From: Clostridia bacterium
GTDB taxonomy: Bacteria > Bacillota > Clostridia > UBA1381
DNA length: 64,000 nucleotides
Assembly (NCBI GenBank): GCA_045544615.1
Contig: JAZPZI010000039.1
Coordinates: forward strand, 29,046 to 93,045
Direction of reading: 5' to 3'
The position numbers and the translations under genes are program-made. Below the pieces are notes generated by a model. That model was not told where the DNA came from. It ran no database searches and was given only the letters and a program-made list of their open reading frames with translations. Below are positions 57,905 through 64,000 of this stretch, one piece after another; the stretch's first letter is position 1; the number at the start of each line of letters is the position of its first letter.

Positions 57905-58522
57905 ATGATTATAACAATCGGAAGACAGTTTGGAAGTGGCGGTAAAGAGTTGGGCCAGAAGTTGGCAGAAAAGCTCGGATATAAGTTTTATGATGAAGAA
58001 TTGGTTGAGATGGCTGCAGAAAAAAGCAACATCCATTCTGAAATTCTCCACAGTGTAGACGAGAAGGCAAGCAGCAGTCTTTTGTACTCAATAGTTATGG
58101 GCATGGATTCGAGATTTTCTAACCCATACTATGAGCTGCCTATAAACGATAAGCTTTTTATTGAGCAGAGCAATATTATAAAGGGACTTGCAGAAGAGGG
58201 TAACTGCGTTGTTGTAGGAAGATGTGCCGACTATGTTTTAGAGTCTGCAAACATCCCGTCAATAGACCTTTTCATATATGCAGGTCAGCAGCATAAGATT
58301 GAGAGAATCTCGACAAAGTATGAGCTTTCCGAGGATAAGGCAAAGGATAAGATAAAAAAGATTGAAAAGAGCAGAAAGACATACTATAACTACTATTCCA
58401 ACAAGGAATGGGGTAAGATGTCGAACTACGACCTTTGCATCAATACAAGCGATATCTCGATTGATGATGCGGTTGAAGTTGCTGTCAGCTTTATCAAAAA
58501 AAGGGAGGCAATCGGTAAATGA
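57905..58522 (+). CDS. Cytidylate kinase-like family protein
   Basis: MIITIGRQFGSGGKELGQKLAEKLGYKFYDEEL, the typical N-terminus of this AAA-like family. Confidence 0.8.
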   Translation: MIITIGRQFGSGGKELGQKLAEKLGYKFYDEELVEMAAEKSNIHSEILHSVDEKASSSLLYSIVMGMDSRFSNPYYELPINDKLFIEQSNIIKGLAEEGNCVVVGRCADYVLESANIPSIDLFIYAGQQHKIERISTKYELSEDKAKDKIKKIEKSRKTYYNYYSNKEWGKMSNYDLCINTSDISIDDAVEVAVSFIKKREAIGK

Positions 58523-59328
58523 TTGATTTTATAAAATCCTTTCTTTTAGGTATAGTTGAAGGTATCACCGAGTGGTTGCCGATTTCGAGCACCGGGCATA
58601 TGATACTCTTTAACGAGTTCACTAACACTAAAGACGGATTTTTGACAAGTGATGTATTTTTATATGTCATACAACTGGGCGCGATTCTGGCGATTGTGAC
58701 GCTTTATTTTAATAAGCTCAACCCGTTCTCGCCAAAGAAGTCGGCAGAGGAAAAGCGTGATACCTGGCATATGTGGTTCAAGGTTGCGGTTGCGTGTCTG
58801 CCTGCGGCGGTTATTGGGCTGTTGCTGAATGATTTTATGGAGCAGTTTGAAAACCCGTATGTGATAAGTGCAACGCTCATAATCTACGGTATCCTGTTTA
58901 TCCTGATTGAGGGTATGGGCAAAAAGGAAAAGCTTACCGAAATGAACCAGATGACATACAAAACTGCGGTGCTGATCGGGCTTTTCCAGGTGCTTTCGAT
59001 AATCCCGGGCACATCACGCTCGGGCTCGACAATACTCGGTGCTATGATACTCGGATGCTCAAGAGGGCTCGCAGCAGAGTTTTCGTTCTTCCTTGCAATC
59101 CCTGTAATGGTAGGCGTGAGCATCTTAAAGCTTGCGACGATTGAGACTGCTATCACATTAACCGAGTGGGGTCTCCTGCTTGTGGGAATGGTTGTTGCAT
59201 ACATAGTGTCGATTATTTCGGTCAAGTTCTTAACAGGCTATGTAAGACGCCACGACTTTAAAGCTTTCGGGTACTACAGAATTGTGTTGGGAATAATAGT
59301 AATAGCATTTTTTGCGATGATGAGGTGA
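58519..59328 (+). CDS. uppP: Undecaprenyl-diphosphate phosphatase
   Basis: LPISSTGH and PGTSRSGSTI motifs, 8 TM segments. Confidence 0.93.
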   Translation: MIDFIKSFLLGIVEGITEWLPISSTGHMILFNEFTNTKDGFLTSDVFLYVIQLGAILAIVTLYFNKLNPFSPKKSAEEKRDTWHMWFKVAVACLPAAVIGLLLNDFMEQFENPYVISATLIIYGILFILIEGMGKKEKLTEMNQMTYKTAVLIGLFQVLSIIPGTSRSGSTILGAMILGCSRGLAAEFSFFLAIPVMVGVSILKLATIETAITLTEWGLLLVGMVVAYIVSIISVKFLTGYVRRHDFKAFGYYRIVLGIIVIAFFAMMR

Positions 59329-59476
59329 TGTTAAAAAGCTCCGGACCGCAAGAAAATTTCAAATTTTCTTGCTATCAACAAACTTCGCCACTCGGCGTAC
59401 CTTTGTACGCTGTCGGGTAACCCAAAGCCAAGGCTTTGGCTCAGTTTGTTAATTCCAAAGCTTTTCCCTATCACCT
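59323..59476 (+). repeat. C-family ~150 bp MITE-like structured element, copy 1 (in the uppP 3' UTR)
   Basis: Terminal inverted repeats AGGTGATgttAAAAAGCT ... AGCTTTTccctATCACCT. Three internal hairpins. About 90% identical by eye to the reverse complement of 60276-60419, apart from an 11-nt indel in hairpin 1. Confidence 0.75.
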
Positions 59477-59498
59477 ATAAAAAAGACTTGTAAAAAAT

Positions 59499-59538
59499 AA
59501 AAAGACTGTTTGAAGTTTTCAAACAGTCTTTATTTTTT
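59499..59538. terminator. Bidirectional terminator (uppP and the convergent membrane-protein gene)
   Basis: AAAGACTGTTTGA-agttt-TCAAACAGTCTTT with A/T runs on both sides. Confidence 0.75.
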
Positions 59539-60181
59539 AAAATCTTCTGTCCGGTTCGGGGACAAAGCGTCTTACCTTTCGGTTTCCGGTTGTGAAGGAT
59601 AAAAGCGGACTTTTTACTTTTGCATCCTTTACGATTGCACCAAGTGATGCAGGGTCAAAATCGGTTATCGGCATATAACATTCACTGCCGTCTTTTAGCT
59701 CGATGTGGAAAAACTCCATACGCTTTAAGACCGATGCAAAGCGGGTTTTGTGCTCTTTATAGTTAGCGGAGAAGCTACTCTCGGGAAGGTTTCTTGTGAT
59801 GAAATTACCCGAGCCAATGTGTATTTTTGAAATATCCGACATCGGAACTTCAACCACCTTTACCTTCTCGGGGATAAACTCGCCCCAGAAGCCTTGATCG
59901 AGTTTATATGGGAAGAAGTCGTTTTCCCATACCGAAAGATAGATTGTCTCGTCATCCGATGCTATGTAGCTTGGTATGACAGTGTTGATTTTCATTATTG
60001 TATAGATAGCGCTCAAAATGAATGCAACAATATATGCAAGGGCAAACAGGAATTTGCCAATAATCAGGCTGTAGACAGTAAGACCGAGTGCCGCACACCC
60101 GATACAGCCGAGAAATGCGATTGTGGCATAGCCTGTATTGCGCTTTTTCTTCTCAAGGGTTGCCTTGTTTTTATAGTCCAT
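59537..60181 (-). CDS. Hypothetical membrane protein (2 TM plus about 130-aa soluble domain)
   Basis: ATG at 60181 follows gaggtga. Has its own consensus promoter and terminator. No recognisable family. Confidence 0.6.
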   Translation of the reverse strand: MDYKNKATLEKKKRNTGYATIAFLGCIGCAALGLTVYSLIIGKFLFALAYIVAFILSAIYTIMKINTVIPSYIASDDETIYLSVWENDFFPYKLDQGFWGEFIPEKVKVVEVPMSDISKIHIGSGNFITRNLPESSFSANYKEHKTRFASVLKRMEFFHIELKDGSECYMPITDFDPASLGAIVKDAKVKSPLLSFTTGNRKVRRFVPEPDRRF

Positions 60182-60200
60182 CAAATCACCTCTGAAAACT

Positions 60201-60229
60201 ATTATAACAGATTATGTTACGTTTGTCAA
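60201..60229 (-). promoter_or_regulatory. Consensus sigma-A promoter for the membrane-protein gene
   Basis: Minus strand: TTGACA (60229-60224), 17 nt spacer, TGtTATAAT (60206-60201). Confidence 0.65.
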
Positions 60230-60244
60230 ATCGGTTAAAACAAA

Positions 60245-60276
60245 CCAAAACCCGAGGCAAATACCTCGGGTTTTTA
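60245..60276. terminator. Terminator of the PPIase operon
   Basis: CCCGAGG-caaata-CCTCGGG flanked by AAAA and TTTTT. Confidence 0.7.
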
Positions 60277-60419
60277 GGTGATAGGGAAAAAGCTTTGGAA
60301 TTAACAAACTGAGCCAAAGCCTTGGCTTTGGGTTACCCGAAGTCGTACGTCGGTACGACGAGAGGCGAAGTTTGTTGATAGCAAGTTTACTTGCGGTCCG
60401 GAGTTTTTTAACATCACCT
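60276..60419 (-). repeat. C-family MITE-like structured element, copy 2 (in the PPIase operon 3' UTR)
   Basis: Inverted copy of 59323-59476, located between the ppiB stop (60422) and its terminator. Confidence 0.75.
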
Positions 60420-60421
60420 TT

Positions 60422-60898
60422 TTATATTCTTCTGATTGACTCGATAACCTGTGGTTCGATTGGGCTATCAACAAAGTTGGTCTCAACGCTTGCGATTTTA
60501 TCAACAACCTCGATGCCCTTTGTGATTTTGCCGAATGCCGCATACTCGCCATCCAGGTGCGGTGCATCCTGGTGCATGATGAAGAACTGGCTCGATGCTG
60601 AGTTCGGGAAAGATGTTCTTGCCATTGAAAGAACACCACGCTCGTGCTTTAGCGGATTGTCAAAGCCATTTGAGCGGAACTCGCCCTTTATCGGTGTACA
60701 TTCTTTGTGATTTCCGTCTGCATCGTATCCGCCGCCCTGAATCATAAATCCCGAAATAATGCGGTGGAATACCATTCCGTCAAAGAATTTTTTCTCAATC
60801 AGTGATAAGAAATTCTCAACGGTAATCGGTGCAACCTCTGGGTAGAGCTCTGCCTCCATGGTATCGCCGTTTTTCATTGTAATTAAAATATCGCTCAT
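60422..60898 (-). CDS. ppiB: Peptidylprolyl isomerase, cyclophilin type (cytoplasmic)
   Basis: FHRIISGFMIQGGG and SMARTSFPNSASSQFFI motifs. Confidence 0.92.
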   Translation of the reverse strand: MSDILITMKNGDTMEAELYPEVAPITVENFLSLIEKKFFDGMVFHRIISGFMIQGGGYDADGNHKECTPIKGEFRSNGFDNPLKHERGVLSMARTSFPNSASSQFFIMHQDAPHLDGEYAAFGKITKGIEVVDKIASVETNFVDSPIEPQVIESIRRI

Positions 60899-60908
60899 GG
60901 TTTTCTCC

Positions 60909-61556
60909 TTATTTATCTATCGTGATTGTCTTTATAATCTGTGGCTCAACAGGGAAGTCGCCCATAACATTTGCAAAAACTGTGGTTTTAACAGAAGCGA
61001 TTTCGTCGATGATGTCAAGTCCCTCGGTAACCTTACCAAATGCCGCATAATCGCCGTCTAAGTGAGGTGAATCCTGGTGCATAATAAAGAACTGACTCGA
61101 TGCTGAATCGGGTTCGGGAGTTCTTGCCATAGATATTACGCCACGCTCGTGCTTCAGGTCGTTCTCAACACCGTTTGACGAGAACTCGCCCTTGATTGAG
61201 TCGGCATCCTTTTCCTTCATTTCTTCATTATATCCACCGCCCTGAATCATAAATCCCGGGATAACTCTGTGGAAAATCAAACCGTCATAGAACTTGTCCT
61301 CTGCAAGCTTTACAAAGTTTTCAACAGTAATCGGTGCAAGGTCGGGGTAGAGCTCGCCCTTCATTATACCACCGTCTGTCATTTCGATTGTAAAGAATAC
61401 CTTGTTTGCATAAACATCGGTTACTTCATTGTTCTCGGCAACCTGTTCTTCCTGGCTTTCAGGCTCCTTGGTATCAACTGTATCATTATCCTTTGTGCAA
61501 CCGGCTGCAAAAAGCAGTGCAGCCGATGCAAATATTACTAAAAGTTTTTTATTCAT
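60909..61556 (-). CDS. Peptidylprolyl isomerase, cyclophilin type, lipoprotein
   Basis: Lipobox LFAAGC, then FHRVIPGFMIQGGG and SMARTPEPDSASSQFFI. Confidence 0.9.
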   Translation of the reverse strand: MNKKLLVIFASAALLFAAGCTKDNDTVDTKEPESQEEQVAENNEVTDVYANKVFFTIEMTDGGIMKGELYPDLAPITVENFVKLAEDKFYDGLIFHRVIPGFMIQGGGYNEEMKEKDADSIKGEFSSNGVENDLKHERGVISMARTPEPDSASSQFFIMHQDSPHLDGDYAAFGKVTEGLDIIDEIASVKTTVFANVMGDFPVEPQIIKTITIDK

Positions 61557-61568
61557 AGTACCTACTCC

Positions 61569-64000
61569 TTATTCTTCGGTTGTCCCGGTAGTTGCATCCT
61601 CTGTAACAACTTCTTCGCCTGCAACCTCTTCTTCGTCCTCTTCACGGTCGGTTTTTGCCATGCTCACAAGCTTGACACCGTCTGCAAGACGCATAATACG
61701 AACACCCTGTGTCTGTCTTCCAAATGTGCTGATTTCGTCTGTGTGCATTCTTATCAAGACACCCTCTGATGTGATAAGCATAACATCGTCGTTATCGGTG
61801 ACTGTTGAAAGACCTGCAACAAGACCGGTCTTTGCGGTAATCTTATAGGTAAAGATACCCTTACCGCCTCTGTTTTGAATCTTATACTCGTCAAGTTCGG
61901 TCTTTTTGCCGTAGCCGTTTTCGGTAACAACCAGAAGCTTTGTGTCAGGCTCTGCGATACAAGCACCCACGACATAATCGTCGCCCGAGAGCTTGATGCC
62001 ACGAACACCGTGTGCAGTTCTGCCCATAGGTCTTACGTCAGATTCCTCAAAGCGGATAGCCATACCGTTTCTTGTTCCGATTATCATGTTGCAGTCGCCG
62101 TCCGTGAGCTTCACTGTGATGAGTGAGTCACCTTCTGCGAGCTCGATTGCTCTTAAGCCGCCTGCTCTGATTCGTGAGTAGTCCATAAGGTCGGTCTTTT
62201 TGATTGTACCCATCTTTGTTATAAAGGTGAGGAACTTGCCCTCTTCGAATTCACGGACAGGAATCATCGCTGTAATCTTTTCGTCAGCTTCAAGCGGCAG
62301 GAGATTTACAATCGCCGTTCCCTTTGCCTGACGGCCGCCTTCAGGTATCTGATAGCCCTTTAAGCGGTAAACGATGCCTCTTGTAGTGAAGAAGAGGATA
62401 GTATCGTGTGTAGAGGTAGTAAAGATATGCTCAACAAAGTCCTCTTCACGGGTTGTAAGGCCGGCGATTCCTCTGCCGCCTCTGTGCTGTGATTTGTAGG
62501 TATCAACCGGAACACGCTTAGTATAACCGCTGTGTGTGAGTGTTATAACTACATTTTCTTCTTCTATAAGGTCTTCGATGTCGATTTCGTCATGTACCAT
62601 TGCGATTTCGGTACGACGCTCGTCACCGTATTTATCCTTGATTTTGAGGAGGTCTTCCTTAACGACATTGAGAATGAGCTGGCGGTCTGCCAGAAGCTCA
62701 CGGAAGCCGTTGATTTTCTCGGTGAGTTCACGGTATTCCTCGTCAATCTTGTCACGCTCCATGCCCGACAAACGTCCTAATTGCATCTGTACGATTGCAG
62801 TTGCCTGTTCTTCCGACAATCCGAAGCGTTCACAAAGGTTAATCTTCGAGTCGCTGATTGATTTTGATGAACGAATGATGTTGATAACCTCATCGATGTT
62901 ATCGTGAACTATTCTGTAGCCTTCGAGGATGTGTGCACGCTCTTCTGCCTTTTTGAGGTCAAAGCGTGTGCGACGCTCGATTACAGATTCCTGATGCGAA
63001 ATGTAGTGGTCAATCAGTTCTCTCAAGGTCAGGATTTTCGGCTCTTTATCAACAAGAGCGATAAGGATTGCACCGAAGGTCTCCTGCATCTGTGTGAACT
63101 TAAAGAGATTATTTAAAACTACATTCGGATTAGCATCACGCTTCAGCTCGATTATGAAGTGGATATTTTCGTCAGATTCATCTCGTGTTGATGAGATGCC
63201 GTCGATTTTTCCGTCACGCACGAGCTCGTTTATGTGCTTTTCAAGGCGTGCCTTGTTTACCTGATACGGAAGCTCTGATACAACAATTCTGTTTCTTCCG
63301 CCCTCGAGCTCTTCAATTTCTGCCTTGGCACGGACGATTATTCTGCCACGTCCGGTTGAGTATGTGCTTCTGATTCCGCCCATACCCATAATCACACCGC
63401 CTGTCGGGAAGTCAGGACCTTTGATGTGGTTCATAAGCTCTTCCAAGGTGATGTATGGGTCGTCAATAACCGCAAGAATACCGTCTATTGTTTCGCTCAG
63501 ATTATGTGGCGGAATATTTGTTGCCATACCAACCGCAATACCCGACGAGCCGTTTACAAGAAGATTCGGGAATCTTGACGGCAGAACATCAGGCTCCAAC
63601 TGCTTGTCGTCGTAGTTTGGAACAAAGTCTACGGTGTCCTTTTCGATGTCGGACAAGAGAAGTGCCGAAATTTTCGCCATCTTTGCTTCTGTGTATCTGT
63701 ACGCAGCCGCAGGGTCACCGTCGATTGAACCGAAGTTACCCTTACCGCAAACAAGCGGGTATCTCAAAGAGAAGCTCTGCGCAAGACGTACCATTGCATC
63801 ATAAACAGATGCGTCGCCGTGTGGGTGATATTTACCCAAAACGTCACCGACGGTTGCCGCAGATTTTCTGAAGTCGTTTTCGTATAAAAGATTTGATTCG
63901 TACATATCGTACATGATTCGTCTGTGAACAGGCTTTAAGCCGTCACGGACATCAGGAAGAGCACGGCTCATGATAACACTCATTGCGTAGTTGATATATG
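61569..64000 (-). CDS. gyrA: DNA gyrase subunit A, 5' end beyond the window
   Basis: [17 protein letters not shown], catalytic Tyr region [10 protein letters not shown], beta-pinwheel C-terminal domain and acidic tail. The frame stays open to position 64000 (..[10 protein letters not shown]). Confidence 0.95.
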   Translation of the reverse strand, partial: YINYAMSVIMSRALPDVRDGLKPVHRRIMYDMYESNLLYENDFRKSAATVGDVLGKYHPHGDASVYDAMVRLAQSFSLRYPLVCGKGNFGSIDGDPAAAYRYTEAKMAKISALLLSDIEKDTVDFVPNYDDKQLEPDVLPSRFPNLLVNGSSGIAVGMATNIPPHNLSETIDGILAVIDDPYITLEELMNHIKGPDFPTGGVIMGMGGIRSTYSTGRGRIIVRAKAEIEELEGGRNRIVVSELPYQVNKARLEKHINELVRDGKIDGISSTRDESDENIHFIIELKRDANPNVVLNNLFKFTQMQETFGAILIALVDKEPKILTLRELIDHYISHQESVIERRTRFDLKKAEERAHILEGYRIVHDNIDEVINIIRSSKSISDSKINLCERFGLSEEQATAIVQMQLGRLSGMERDKIDEEYRELTEKINGFRELLADRQLILNVVKEDLLKIKDKYGDERRTEIAMVHDEIDIEDLIEEENVVITLTHSGYTKRVPVDTYKSQHRGGRGIAGLTTREEDFVEHIFTTSTHDTILFFTTRGIVYRLKGYQIPEGGRQAKGTAIVNLLPLEADEKITAMIPVREFEEGKFLTFITKMGTIKKTDLMDYSRIRAGGLRAIELAEGDSLITVKLTDGDCNMIIGTRNGMAIRFEESDVRPMGRTAHGVRGIKLSGDDYVVGACIAEPDTKLLVVTENGYGKKTELDEYKIQNRGGKGIFTYKITAKTGLVAGLSTVTDNDDVMLITSEGVLIRMHTDEISTFGRQTQGVRIMRLADGVKLVSMAKTDREEDEEEVAGEEVVTEDATTGTTEE

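Noticed and set aside
59323-60419. Invertible promoter switch or IS element defined by the large inverted repeats
   Set aside because: No recombinase or transposase gene lies inside or nearby. The promoter, gene and terminator all sit within the bracket, so inversion would not change expression. I kept it as a MITE-pair/cassette observation instead.

Overview
This 64 kb window looks like core chromosome of a spore-forming Clostridia-class Firmicute. Supporting this are spoIID, sigH, the ctsR-mcsA-mcsB-clpC operon, an IspH-S1 fusion and two LCP/TagO wall-polymer genes. About 60 protein genes are supportable. They include rpoC-rpoB, a DnaD-like gene, a gltX-glnS-aminotransferase-trpS block, tagO-wecB, a MATE pump, prs, cmk-plsC-ispH/rpsA, ung, polA-coaE, uppP, two cyclophilins and 5'-truncated gyrA. 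I found no rRNA, tRNA, CRISPR array, transposase, integrase or prophage. Three small islets look more AT-rich by eye (not computed) and appear accessory. The first is an AraC regulator with a short 740-aa glycyl radical enzyme and its activase (23.0-27.1 kb). The second is an orphan Abi-alpha/DUF4393-like gene with small membrane proteins and GtrA (37.4-39.3 kb). The third is a small membrane protein with a CE15-like esterase (45.8-47.2 kb). The most unusual content is non-coding: several families of structured intergenic repeats recur across the window. (1) A ~180 bp element in two inverted copies (9.6 kb, 33.8 kb) looks like a self-contained ~100 nt sRNA gene, with promoter, long hairpin and terminator. 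All four stem differences between the copies are G-U-compatible on one strand only. (2) A ~150 bp MITE-like element with terminal inverted repeats occurs as an inverted pair (59.3 kb, 60.3 kb). Each copy sits between a stop codon and the terminator, and together they bracket a one-gene cassette. (3) Tandemly degenerate repeats sit directly after the stop codons of the FAD oxidoreductase and ung. (4) A ~50 bp double-hairpin element occurs at 0.8 kb and 51.5 kb. Families 1-3 share a CGTAC-N4-GTACG apical hairpin, which shows one fully compensatory base-pair change between copies. All functional calls come from reading the translated ORFs for motifs; no database search was possible.
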